Below the pieces are notes generated by a model that was not told the origin of the DNA, did no database searches, and saw only the letters and a list, made by a program, of their open reading frames with translations. The position numbers were made by a program, and so were the translations under genes. A stretch of DNA of 40,323 nt from positions 1 through 40,323 of the forward strand of contig JBFLWV010000017.1 in the NCBI GenBank assembly GCA_040757655.1, written 5' to 3'. The DNA is from Patescibacteria group bacterium (GTDB lineage: Bacteria; Patescibacteriota; Patescibacteriia; 2-02-FULL-49-11). Positions 1-8,686 of the stretch are shown piece after piece (positions within the stretch are counted from its first letter, which is position 1; each line of letters begins with the position of its first letter).

Positions 1-197
1 ATCCCTCTTGAGGACTTTTTCAACTGACATCATACGATTTTGTGTTGATTTTAATAATTGCTTTGTATTTTCAAGACCTTGCTATCCTTAATTTTATCAA
101 AATAACCTAATTCGCAACAGGTCTATTGTTAGTAGTCCGGCTGGCTATCAAAAATTCGAGATCATGGCAGCCGGTATGCTAAAGATGTGCGTATCTC

Positions 198-1025
198 TCA
201 CAGTAATAAACTCGACATGTGCTCCAAGACTTGCGTCCAACCGATATTTTCCAGTAGTTTCATCTCTCGCTTTGTGTAAGGTACGTGTTTTTTGTACCAT
301 GTCTCATGATATAAATCGGCCCAGATGGAATCAGCCAAGCAAGACAACTGAACTTCATAACACCAATTCCTGTAAGCAATCGTAAAAATCACGACACGGA
401 ACGGATAACGCGCACAAATGTCTGGCATGAAATAATAATTGCGGTAATCCAGAACGCGTTTGCCGAAATGGCGGCCAATAATTTTTATCGCTTCTAAATA
501 TTCGTCAACATTCCTAATCGTAACACGAAAACCAAGAATATCATTTAGGTGTCTGACGGTAAAATTGGCGACACCAGACGGACGATTTAATTTACCGTTA
601 TCGGTGTTATGATTCAAACGATTGAGCTTGTCGATGATTCCTTGCTTGGTTTTTAAACGATGGCTAAGATACAAGACATGAACATTGCCACATTGTAACT
701 CAACCTTGACTTGATTAATGTCTTTTGCAATGGACGGCAGTCCTTGCTTTAGAACTCTCAAAGCATCGACTATGGAACCGTCTTTTTGCATGTATTCTAG
801 CCAACCTGTACCGTCGTATTTTTTTGCCAAAAGAGAGAATGGAGAACGTTCATAATAATACTTGACCAAAGATGGACGTAGCGGGCTAACTTTCCTGTAG
901 TTATAAGTTTTCCATTTCTCCAAACAAGCATGAAACTCACTGGTCTTTTGCCAGTGATCGCGCAAGTCCGTCGGATATGGAGATTTAATTACTTTATTTA
1001 TGAGAGTTTGGATATTGGTACGCAT
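198..1025 (-). CDS. RelA/SpoT-family nucleotidyltransferase (small alarmone synthetase-like), divergent
   Basis: Motifs RLKTKQGIIDKL (Syn1), DILGFRV (Syn2), YEVQL (Syn4) and WADLYH match the RelA_SpoT synthetase domain. The usual YxSxH is absent, and there is an N-terminal extension of about 110 aa. Confidence 0.75.
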   Translation of the reverse strand: MRTNIQTLINKVIKSPYPTDLRDHWQKTSEFHACLEKWKTYNYRKVSPLRPSLVKYYYERSPFSLLAKKYDGTGWLEYMQKDGSIVDALRVLKQGLPSIAKDINQVKVELQCGNVHVLYLSHRLKTKQGIIDKLNRLNHNTDNGKLNRPSGVANFTVRHLNDILGFRVTIRNVDEYLEAIKIIGRHFGKRVLDYRNYYFMPDICARYPFRVVIFTIAYRNWCYEVQLSCLADSIWADLYHETWYKKHVPYTKREMKLLENIGWTQVLEHMSSLLL

Positions 1026-1077
1026 AGTTTCACTATCTTGGGCGTTTTAGTTAAGGAGTTGCGGGCCATCTTTCAGA

Positions 1078-1216
1078 GGGTACAAGCGGATGCATACCCG
1101 CGGTTGTGAACAGCACAGTTGGGTCATGCTCTGGAATCAGCGAGGCTGATGTGATAATGGCATGCCCTTTTGAGGCAAAAAAGTAAATATTTCTCGCGCA
1201 ACTCTCTGGTAGTCAT
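1078..1216 (-). pseudogene. alaS: 5' fragment of alanyl-tRNA synthetase with a frameshift
   Basis: The minus strand reads [11 protein letters not shown]-(frameshift)[35 protein letters not shown], the typical AlaRS N-terminus (DPTxLFTxAGM). Similarity then ends and a stop follows within 9 codons. Confidence 0.85.
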
Positions 1217-1302
1217 GATCCCAGAATATTTAAAAATTGCCATTTCGTTAAAATCGCGGATATAAGTTTTGGCATTTCAACATTCTGAGTCTAAACTTTA
1301 AT

Positions 1303-1372
1303 GAGCTTGGAGCGTGGAGATTAGAGGTCGGAAGTTGGAGGTCATGGCTTATAGCTTATGGCTTATAGCTTG
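1303..1372. repeat. Degenerate heptamer tandem repeat (10 units)
   Basis: gagcttg gagcgtg gagatta gaggtcg gaagttg gaggtca tggctta tagctta tggctta tagcttg. Confidence 0.8.
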
Positions 1373-1597
1373 CTTAGAAATCAAGTGGTACTCTGTGCGG
1401 GAGAGATGAATGTGGTCAGATTGGACATTTTGTTCCAAAACCTCAAAACCATATGCCATGGCCACTTTAGGGAAGAGAGATTCGAGGAACTTTTGCACCT
1501 CCTTTGTAACCACGTGCTTACGGTATTTTGGTGGCCAGACGAAGTGGTAATTTAGCCCATAGACAGCATGTGTGGTTCTACGATATTGAGACTCCAT
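1349..1597 (-). pseudogene. tnpA: Truncated IS200/IS605-family Y1 transposase
   Basis: HAVYGLNYHFVWPPKYRK...DHIHL gives the HUH motif, but the ORF ends before the catalytic Tyr helix and runs into the heptamer repeat. Confidence 0.85.
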
Positions 1598-1614
1598 GCC
1601 TTCATCATATCATC

Positions 1615-1662
1615 GCATTCATCCCGCCCGCAAGCGGGCGGGTATTCTGCGGAGGGGTAATA
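1615..1662 (-). mobile_element. IS200/IS605 subterminal hairpin (left end)
   Basis: Perfect GC-rich palindrome CCCGCCCGC-AA-GCGGGCGGG at 1623-1642, directly upstream of tnpA and bordered by an AT-rich TTAT/TTAC-type site on the minus strand. Confidence 0.7.
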
Positions 1663-1693
1663 AAAAGTCAGAGATAAACTCTGATACTACAGA

Positions 1694-2716
1694 TTACAAC
1701 AACGGCTGTTGTTGCGTTGAGCAATGAATTGCTCCAAGCCCCCAGATGAGATCGGTGCAGTCAATGCCGATGACGGCACGAGTGGGGAAAAGTTTTTGTA
1801 AGGTTCGCAACACCTTTTGATCCTTGTCGCAGCGAAATGTGGGAACGAGCATGACGGTATTTGCGATGTAGAAATTCATGTAGCTCGCCGGCAGACGCTG
1901 GCCTTCGTAAATTACAGGATCAGGCATAGGAAGAGTAATAATTTTGAATTGATTGCCATCCTGATCGCGGCATGACTTTAAGTCATGGTAATTCTGTTGT
2001 AAAACTTTATAATCAGGATCATCGGTATTTTCAGCTACAGCGCATACAATCGTTGTGGGATTAATAAATCGCGCAAGATCATCAATATGTCCATCCGTAT
2101 CGTCACCGATAATTCCTTCCGATAACCATAAAATATTTGTCGCGCCGAGATATTCTGTTAAATTTGTCTCAATATGAGTGCGATTGAGTTGCGGATTACG
2201 GTTGGGATGTAATAGGCATTGCTCCGTCGTTAATAACGTTCCCTTGCCATTCACTTCAATTGACCCCCCCTCTAATACCATGGGTACCGTTTCAATAGGG
2301 AGTCGAAGCTGTTCGCTGATTCGTTGTGGCACGATAGCATCGAGGTCAAATGGCGGATATTTATTCCCCCATGAATTAAATAACCAATCGGTAACAATAA
2401 TTGAACCTTTTTCGTTCTTCACAAAGAGAGGACCATAATCGCGCACCCATGAAGTATTGGTAGCAATTTTAAAAAATTGGATTTGATCTAAATTTATTCT
2501 CCTTTTTTCCAGCAGATCACGCGCATCCTTTTCCATCACGTCATCATTCACCAATAAAAAAACAGTCTCACTTTCGGCGAGTTTGGCAATGATTTCTACA
2601 AATACAGGAGGAACGGGACCAAATTTCCCTGGCCAGTGGTCGCGGTTATGCGGCCAGGCAATCCACGTGCCGGTATGCGGCTCCCATTCCGCTGGCATTC
2701 GATAGGACATACTCAT
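1694..2716 (-). CDS. aguA: Agmatine deiminase
   Basis: PAEWEPH, WVRDYGP, EGGSIEVNG, DDTDGHID and GLGAIHCSTQQQP (catalytic Cys). Confidence 0.95.
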   Translation of the reverse strand: MSMSYRMPAEWEPHTGTWIAWPHNRDHWPGKFGPVPPVFVEIIAKLAESETVFLLVNDDVMEKDARDLLEKRRINLDQIQFFKIATNTSWVRDYGPLFVKNEKGSIIVTDWLFNSWGNKYPPFDLDAIVPQRISEQLRLPIETVPMVLEGGSIEVNGKGTLLTTEQCLLHPNRNPQLNRTHIETNLTEYLGATNILWLSEGIIGDDTDGHIDDLARFINPTTIVCAVAENTDDPDYKVLQQNYHDLKSCRDQDGNQFKIITLPMPDPVIYEGQRLPASYMNFYIANTVMLVPTFRCDKDQKVLRTLQKLFPTRAVIGIDCTDLIWGLGAIHCSTQQQPLL

Positions 2717-2813
2717 GTCATCCCCAACTGTGATTGGGGATCTAGAAAAAATAAAAGAGAAAATCGATTTTTGTTACTTTTGTTTTCTGGTTTTCCGCTT
2801 TCGCGGAAATGAC
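2717..2813. repeat. REP-like inverted pair of palindromes (GTCAT...ATGAC)
   Basis: GTCATCCCCAACTGTGATTGGGGATCT ... TTTCCGCTTTCGCGGAAATGAC fills the aguB-aguA gap. Confidence 0.7.
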
Positions 2814-2821
2814 AGATTGAA

Positions 2822-3688
2822 TTATTTGTCAACAATTTCCTTATATCGTATTCTACGCTCATCCAAAAACGGCCAGTCTTTGCGCATTTTTTCAATTATA
2901 GATAAATCACATTCTATGACCAAGTTTTCTTCCCTTTCACTTGAAGCTTTTACCAACATTCTTCCGTATGGATCGCTCACAAACGAAGTACCCCAAAATT
3001 GTAAATTTTTTTCAATGCCTACTCTATTCACTGCTGCCACAAATACATTATTAGCGATAGCGTGGCCCCGTTGGATAACTTGCCAAGCCTCATGTTCGGC
3101 CTTTTTTTTCCATTTAGGATTATTGTGGGGCCAGCCAATGGCGGTGGGATAAAAAATAATTTGCGCCCCCTTTGCAACAACGATGCGCGCGGCTTCGGGA
3201 AACCATTGGTCATAGCAAATAAGCGGCGCGATTTTGCCGTATGGCGTATCAACGACGATACATCCTTTATCCCCTCTTTGGAAATAATAATCTTCCGAAT
3301 AAAGCCCGGGCGGGATGGAAGGAATATGTATCTTGCGGTAAGGGCCAATTACTTTCCCGCCTGTTCCAATGACGGCAACTGAATTAAAATACTTTTTCTG
3401 ATTAACTTTTTCAAACAAAGAACAGATAATAACAATCTTATGCCAACGCGCGATTCCACCCAAAACTTTCGTCGTCGGTCCCGGTATAGTTTCTGCCAGC
3501 TTAAAATTATTTTTATCTCTTGGTCCCTGGCAGAAATAGCGCGATAAAAATAACTCCGGTAAACAAACAATCCGCGCACCTGAGTTCGCGGTTCGTTCTA
3601 TGCTTCGTATTGCTCGCTTCAGGTTAACTTCTTTATTTCTTGTGCATCGCATCTGCACAAGACCGATGATGGTTTTTTGCTTGTGCAT
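2822..3688 (-). CDS. aguB: N-carbamoylputrescine amidase (nitrilase superfamily)
   Basis: Catalytic triad motifs CLPELF, YRKIHIP and ICYDQWFPEAAR, adjacent to aguA. ATG at 3688 preferred over the ORF-track start at 3709. Confidence 0.85.
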   Translation of the reverse strand: MHKQKTIIGLVQMRCTRNKEVNLKRAIRSIERTANSGARIVCLPELFLSRYFCQGPRDKNNFKLAETIPGPTTKVLGGIARWHKIVIICSLFEKVNQKKYFNSVAVIGTGGKVIGPYRKIHIPSIPPGLYSEDYYFQRGDKGCIVVDTPYGKIAPLICYDQWFPEAARIVVAKGAQIIFYPTAIGWPHNNPKWKKKAEHEAWQVIQRGHAIANNVFVAAVNRVGIEKNLQFWGTSFVSDPYGRMLVKASSEREENLVIECDLSIIEKMRKDWPFLDERRIRYKEIVDK

Positions 3689-3816
3689 ATCAAATTTCAA
3701 TAAGCACAACCCTTAAAATCACTAGACCGATCCCAATCTTGTTTAGCAAAGATAAATCTTCTTTGAAGTATAAAACGCCCGTCAGGGCGATAACAACTAA
3801 ATTCAAATGGGAGTTC

Positions 3817-4275
3817 CTACACCAACTCCAAACCATGTTTCTCCGGATGTTCGCAGAGTTCTTTTACGACGAGCAGAAACTCCTCAATATCGGAAAGATG
3901 ATCACGAATTACGGCATACAGTCTTTGCGCATCAACATCAGCATAATGATGCACTAGAAGATTGCGCATACGTGCCATTGGCACAAGCACGTCTTCTGCA
4001 AATTTCCTCTTAACAATTCCACCTTCCCCCAATTTTATCGCAATTTCGCGGTATTCTGTTGCCCTTTCTCCTGGCAGACGGGAAAGGATATGAGCGCCAA
4101 TATGGAAAACACCCTCCAGAGCAAGTCTGAGATGGTGTTGCGCAAGATCGTACGCGTCGCCAGCACGGAACTCCTCGAATGGTAGCACTCCAAGCTCGCG
4201 CAGCTTGCGGATGTTTTTCTGGATACCGTCAATGCGGGGGAAAATTGCTTCACGTTCCAATGGCAAAGAGATCAT
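3817..4275 (-). CDS. hepT: HEPN/DUF86 RNase toxin (HepT-like)
   Basis: RNLLVHHY is the RX4HXY motif; the gene overlaps the MNT gene by 4 bp. Confidence 0.9.
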   Translation of the reverse strand: MISLPLEREAIFPRIDGIQKNIRKLRELGVLPFEEFRAGDAYDLAQHHLRLALEGVFHIGAHILSRLPGERATEYREIAIKLGEGGIVKRKFAEDVLVPMARMRNLLVHHYADVDAQRLYAVIRDHLSDIEEFLLVVKELCEHPEKHGLELV

Positions 4276-4676
4276 ATACGGGCAAGAATCATTTGGTCAA
4301 ACATAGTAAGCAAGGGACGGTAATCACAATACGCCAATGTTGTGTGTTCTTCAAACCGCAGACGCGCACGTGAGTCGTTATCAAAAATAACTCTACCGTA
4401 GCGAATCACATGATACCTTAACTCAAGCGGTGCATCGCGAAGAAATACAATATCAATAATATCATTTTCTTGCGTTCTTGGGCATAGTGGCGACAATACG
4501 TCGTATAACTGCTGATACGCTTCATCCCCTCGCGCATGTCCCTCGCGCTGCATAAGGACGCCAAAATCGTAATCAGAAAGAGGCCCTTCAACATAAAGGG
4601 CTCGCGAACCAAAGAGATAAAGCGCTGTCACGCCGAGATCTTTTAGGATCTGCGCTGTCGTTGATGGTATGATCAT
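4272..4676 (-). CDS. mntA: Minimal nucleotidyltransferase antitoxin (MntA-like)
   Basis: YLFGSRALYVEGPLSDYD is the GSX10DXD motif; also IDIVFLRDAP. Confidence 0.9.
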   Translation of the reverse strand: MIIPSTTAQILKDLGVTALYLFGSRALYVEGPLSDYDFGVLMQREGHARGDEAYQQLYDVLSPLCPRTQENDIIDIVFLRDAPLELRYHVIRYGRVIFDNDSRARLRFEEHTTLAYCDYRPLLTMFDQMILARI

Positions 4677-4705
4677 AAGTTTTTACCCCCTAATATTACC
4701 ACATC

Positions 4706-5812
4706 CTACAATTCAAGGAGAATCGCGGCAATCCACGGGAACACGACGGTGGCGTCGCTTTGGATGATTTGGTAATAGCTTTTGGGGTCGAGCTTGTCCC
4801 AGGTGATTTTTTCCTTGCCGCCCGCGCCTGAATAGGAACCGTAGGACATAGGTGATGAGCCAATTTCGATAAATCCTGCCCACGGGCGGACATTCTTTAA
4901 TTTCAAATCGTGCTTCATGGAAGGTACCGCGCAAATAACAAAGTCTGCCGCAATGCCGCCGCCAAGTTGAAGGAAAGCAATGGGAGAATATTTTGCAGTA
5001 TCCATATACCAATCGTAGAGGTAGGTAAAGTACTCAAGGCCGGTCTTCATGATATTTTGGTTAAGACGCGGCCCTTTATCGGTGCGGTATTTCCCATCAT
5101 ACGTATAGCTTGCAAAAATATTACCCATAGTTGAATCTTCAAAGCCTGGTATCACGATGGGAATGTTCTTTTTATACGCGGCGTAGACCCAGCAATTATC
5201 AGGATTTGCGCCTTTATCTGGTTTAATTAAACTTTCTTTAAATAAACGCAAGAAATATTCATGGGGAAAATATCGTTCCCCCTTACTTTGCGCTTCTTGC
5301 CACATTTTCACCAAATGCGGCTCCATAATGCGCACACTTTCATCTTCCGGAAGAAATGTGTCGGTGATGCGCCGCAATCCCGCATCGCGCAGCTCCGCTT
5401 CTTGCTTCGGCGTCAATTCGGTGTAGCGCGGAATATATGCGTAATGAGAATGCGCCACATAGCGATAATATGACTCTTCATGGTTTGCTGCAGTGGCAGA
5501 TATGAGATGTATTTTGTCTCTTCTTATAAGTTCCGAAAGCATGACGCCGATTTGGAACGAGCTTAATGCGCCGGCAAGGGTTACGATTAGTTTACCGCCT
5601 TTGTTCAGATGATCTCTAAGCCATAAGGCGGCTCGTAATGTTGCACCGGCATTGCAGTGCTTTAAGGTGGATTCTGCGTACACGCTCACGGGCGATTTTG
5701 ACTTTTTCACAAAGTCGCTTAAGCGTCCTCGCGCCGCCCTTCTTGCGTTAGATTCAGTTACGATCAGCCTTTGCAGTCCTTTAGATAATTTAGAGAATTT
5801 AAATTTATTCAT
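4706..5812 (-). CDS. Deoxyhypusine synthase-like protein (probable aminobutyltransferase for homospermidine synthesis)
   Basis: LIVTLAGALSS, ISATAAN, FEDSTMG, LGGG and GSYSGA..EKITWDKL with the conserved catalytic Lys; lies next to arginine decarboxylase. Confidence 0.88.
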   Translation of the reverse strand: MNKFKFSKLSKGLQRLIVTESNARRAARGRLSDFVKKSKSPVSVYAESTLKHCNAGATLRAALWLRDHLNKGGKLIVTLAGALSSFQIGVMLSELIRRDKIHLISATAANHEESYYRYVAHSHYAYIPRYTELTPKQEAELRDAGLRRITDTFLPEDESVRIMEPHLVKMWQEAQSKGERYFPHEYFLRLFKESLIKPDKGANPDNCWVYAAYKKNIPIVIPGFEDSTMGNIFASYTYDGKYRTDKGPRLNQNIMKTGLEYFTYLYDWYMDTAKYSPIAFLQLGGGIAADFVICAVPSMKHDLKLKNVRPWAGFIEIGSSPMSYGSYSGAGGKEKITWDKLDPKSYYQIIQSDATVVFPWIAAILLEL

Positions 5813-5820
5813 ATTTTTCT

Positions 5821-5846
5821 GGATTCCGCATCAAGTGCGGAATGAC
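5821..5846. repeat. REP-like palindrome
   Basis: GGATTCCGCATCAAGTGCGGAATGAC, the same GAATGAC-ended family as 2717-2813 and 12187-12277. Confidence 0.7.
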
Positions 5847-5854
5847 AATTGGCC

Positions 5855-7249
5855 TTACCATCCAAACTGTTTCCCCACCTCTTCCGGCGTCTCTCTCTTG
5901 CGTGCGACCGTGATCACGCCATTCTGAATAATTAACTTTGCTGGACTGGAAAGCAAGCAATGGTGCGAAGCGAGCGCATCTTGGTACGCGCCGGTGTCGA
6001 GGAAGGCAACATATTGAGTCTCTCCGTTGGTAAGATCTTCCAAACGCGGCAAGAGGATATAGTTACCACCATTGGTGTAGCGGTCATCTGAATCGCAGCT
6101 GGAACCCGCGAGCCAGACGCGTGAAAATTTCCGTGCATCCATATGGTTCACCGGCACCACATGCCATTTCTGGTGAATGGCCCACGTATCAAGTAAATCG
6201 TTCATGAAACTGCCATCAGTAAAATACCACCGCTTTGCCATAGTTGATTGGAGCGGCTTCTCTGCGATTATTTTGAAAATGGTCATTTGCGCAGGCGCGA
6301 CCAAATAACTCCCCCATTCCACGATGATATCCGGATGAGGAATGTGCGCTTTTTCTGACATTGATTTTGTGATCCGTATAGCTCTCTTCACCACGCTATC
6401 TACGGAATAGAGCTTCTTATTTTTCTCAAAGGGCACAGCAAACCCCCCACCCATATTGACCGCATCTAACTGTGCATGGGTCTTTTTGAGATGGATGAAT
6501 AATTGCATTGCTTTCCTCAAGGGGCTCACGAGATCCTCTAAACGCGTTGTTTGTTTGCCAATGTGATAGCTTAACAGCTTAAGGTTTCGTATACGCCCTA
6601 TATTCATCAACTCTTTGAAGGAGAAGCCAAATTGCACTGTTTTCTTATCCCAGTGAGACTGTACTTTTATCCCGGGATCCATGCGGATGCCCACATCGCC
6701 GCGATATGATCGTAAATATTCAAGTTCCCAATGGTTTTCGATAATAGGGACGATGTCGAGATTCTTTAACTTAAGTTCTTCAATAAGGGAGAGGTACCGA
6801 TTCGTTTTGGGGCCATTGCAGAGCACCCTGATTTTTGTGGAAAACTGTTCCTGTTCCCACATGCGCTTCACAAGCCAAAGCTCATTTACCGAACTAGTTT
6901 CAAGGTGAGCCCCTTCCGCCACGATGGGGAGCACAAACTCTTTATTTTGATTTGCTTTCATGGGGTAATGGAAGTAGAATTTTCCTCGGTAATGAGCGCG
7001 GCGTAGGTAGTATTTAAACGAGTCAAAAACGTCCTGTAACCGTTCCTCAATAATATGGGGGAAAAGGAGTTCCAAGGAGGTGCCAAACCGATCACAGATA
7101 TCTTTGACGTTATATTGATAATTTCCTTCACGCACTATTAATTCACCATCCTTATTCACGTCAAAATACCTCGTGGCATACTCAGGATTCCCCAATTTCC
7201 AAAATTTTCTAAAATTTCGTTTCTTCATAATGCTATATAAAGTGTACAC
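5855..7249 (-). CDS. speA: Arginine decarboxylase (alanine-racemase fold, short form)
   Basis: YPMKANQ (PLP Lys), CNGPK, MGGGF, SSCDSDD, DTGAYQD and HCLL. The ATG at 7228 is a likely start. Context with aguA/aguB supports arginine as substrate. Confidence 0.85.
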   Translation of the reverse strand: MYTLYSIMKKRNFRKFWKLGNPEYATRYFDVNKDGELIVREGNYQYNVKDICDRFGTSLELLFPHIIEERLQDVFDSFKYYLRRAHYRGKFYFHYPMKANQNKEFVLPIVAEGAHLETSSVNELWLVKRMWEQEQFSTKIRVLCNGPKTNRYLSLIEELKLKNLDIVPIIENHWELEYLRSYRGDVGIRMDPGIKVQSHWDKKTVQFGFSFKELMNIGRIRNLKLLSYHIGKQTTRLEDLVSPLRKAMQLFIHLKKTHAQLDAVNMGGGFAVPFEKNKKLYSVDSVVKRAIRITKSMSEKAHIPHPDIIVEWGSYLVAPAQMTIFKIIAEKPLQSTMAKRWYFTDGSFMNDLLDTWAIHQKWHVVPVNHMDARKFSRVWLAGSSCDSDDRYTNGGNYILLPRLEDLTNGETQYVAFLDTGAYQDALASHHCLLSSPAKLIIQNGVITVARKRETPEEVGKQFGW

Positions 7250-7279
7250 CTTTTAGAATGATATTCAAGAGAGAGGACC

Positions 7280-8686
7280 CTATTGTTTCTGCTGACGTTT
7301 CAAAAATTGTTCACCCACACTTCTCACTGGTTCTGCACCCATGGTAATGAGAAACGCGTGGGGAGGAATCTGGGCAAGAATTTTGACTACCATGATGTCA
7401 TTTTGTCCATTCGTTACGAAGGGATGATATGCGTTCAGAGCCTTTATCAAGGCGGTGGATGACGACACTCCTCCACCTTCCTCATCGGTCATTTTCACGG
7501 GACGAAGGATCACATGGTCTGCATGAGTAAATGCCTGTGCAAGCTCATCCTGCATCAGGTCAGTGCGCTTCCTGCCATAACTTTGAAATATACACCAAAG
7601 AGGTCTCTCTGGGTACTGTTCTTTTACCCCTTTTAGCACCGTCTTGATGGTGGAGGGGAAATCTGCAGCATCATCCATCACGATAATGTCGTTTACCATT
7701 CCCACTATGCTCACATGTCGTTTTGCACCGTGATAGGAAGAGAGCACGTGACGGGCGATATCAAATGAAATCCCAAAAGAGTGGGCTACGGCGATCACTG
7801 CTAATGCATTCGTGAGTTGATATTCTCCAGGAAGCTCCATCTGGTATTCCTCGTCACGCTCGCCTTTTCTTATATGCACCACGAATGAGGTACGTCCTTG
7901 GAGAGTCTGTACGTTCAGCGCGCGGACGTCAACGCCTTCCCGTCGTCCAAACCACAGAATGCGTTTTTTCACATTCCGTAATGCTGCAGCGATATATTCA
8001 TCGTCGCCATTCGCGATTACAATGCCGCCTGACTTCACATTCTGCGCAAAGGCGTGGTAAGCATTAATAATGTTCTGCATCTCTCCAAAATAATCCAAAT
8101 GATCTGGCTCAATATTAAGAAACAGCGCACAGGAAGGTGTGAGGGAAAGAAAATGCCTTCTATTTTCATCCGCTTCTGTGATAAAGTAATCCCCCAACCC
8201 TTTCCGTACATTACGTTTCCACACATCCACATCAGTCTTCACGACAACGCTTGGATCGTATCCGGCCTTTTCGAGCAACGTGCCGATATACGCCGCGACC
8301 GTTGTTTTTCCGTGACAACCGGCGACGGCAATAGTCCTCCGAACGGTACTCATGTATCCTATGCATTCAAAGGGGCTCACCAGGGGGATTCCCCAATACT
8401 TCGCATAACGGACATCAGGATGAAGCAACGCGCGCGGCGACACCACTGCCATATCCACATTCACCGACAAGAACGGTTGTTGCGTGCTGATGTAACAAGG
8501 TATCCCCTCTTGCACGAGGCGCGTCGTGCGCTCATTGCCTCTCACTTCTGAGCCGCTTACCTTTTTCCCCCAATGGTGCAAACATTCAGCAATCGCCGCA
8601 CATAACTCATCACCGATGCCAATACAATATATATGCGACACTTTGGAGAAATCAACTTGTTTTTTATGCATACGCTTCACGTACAT
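7280..8686 (-). CDS. murC: MurC-like Mur ligase with degenerate motifs
   Basis: GCHGKTT P-loop, EADE and NIEPDHLDYF are present. Canonical GIGGxGMS appears as GIGDELCA and DDYAHHP as DDAADFP. Confidence 0.7.
   Translation of the reverse strand: MYVKRMHKKQVDFSKVSHIYCIGIGDELCAAIAECLHHWGKKVSGSEVRGNERTTRLVQEGIPCYISTQQPFLSVNVDMAVVSPRALLHPDVRYAKYWGIPLVSPFECIGYMSTVRRTIAVAGCHGKTTVAAYIGTLLEKAGYDPSVVVKTDVDVWKRNVRKGLGDYFITEADENRRHFLSLTPSCALFLNIEPDHLDYFGEMQNIINAYHAFAQNVKSGGIVIANGDDEYIAAALRNVKKRILWFGRREGVDVRALNVQTLQGRTSFVVHIRKGERDEEYQMELPGEYQLTNALAVIAVAHSFGISFDIARHVLSSYHGAKRHVSIVGMVNDIIVMDDAADFPSTIKTVLKGVKEQYPERPLWCIFQSYGRKRTDLMQDELAQAFTHADHVILRPVKMTDEEGGGVSSSTALIKALNAYHPFVTNGQNDIMVVKILAQIPPHAFLITMGAEPVRSVGEQFLKRQQKQ

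Noticed and set aside
1349-1662. Active IS605 element with TnpB
   Set aside because: tnpA stops just after the HUH motif, and no tnpB or right end is visible.
4706-5812. DHS as an eIF5A/EF-P hypusination enzyme
   Set aside because: The context is bacterial with speA/agu neighbours and no efp nearby, so polyamine synthesis is the simpler reading.
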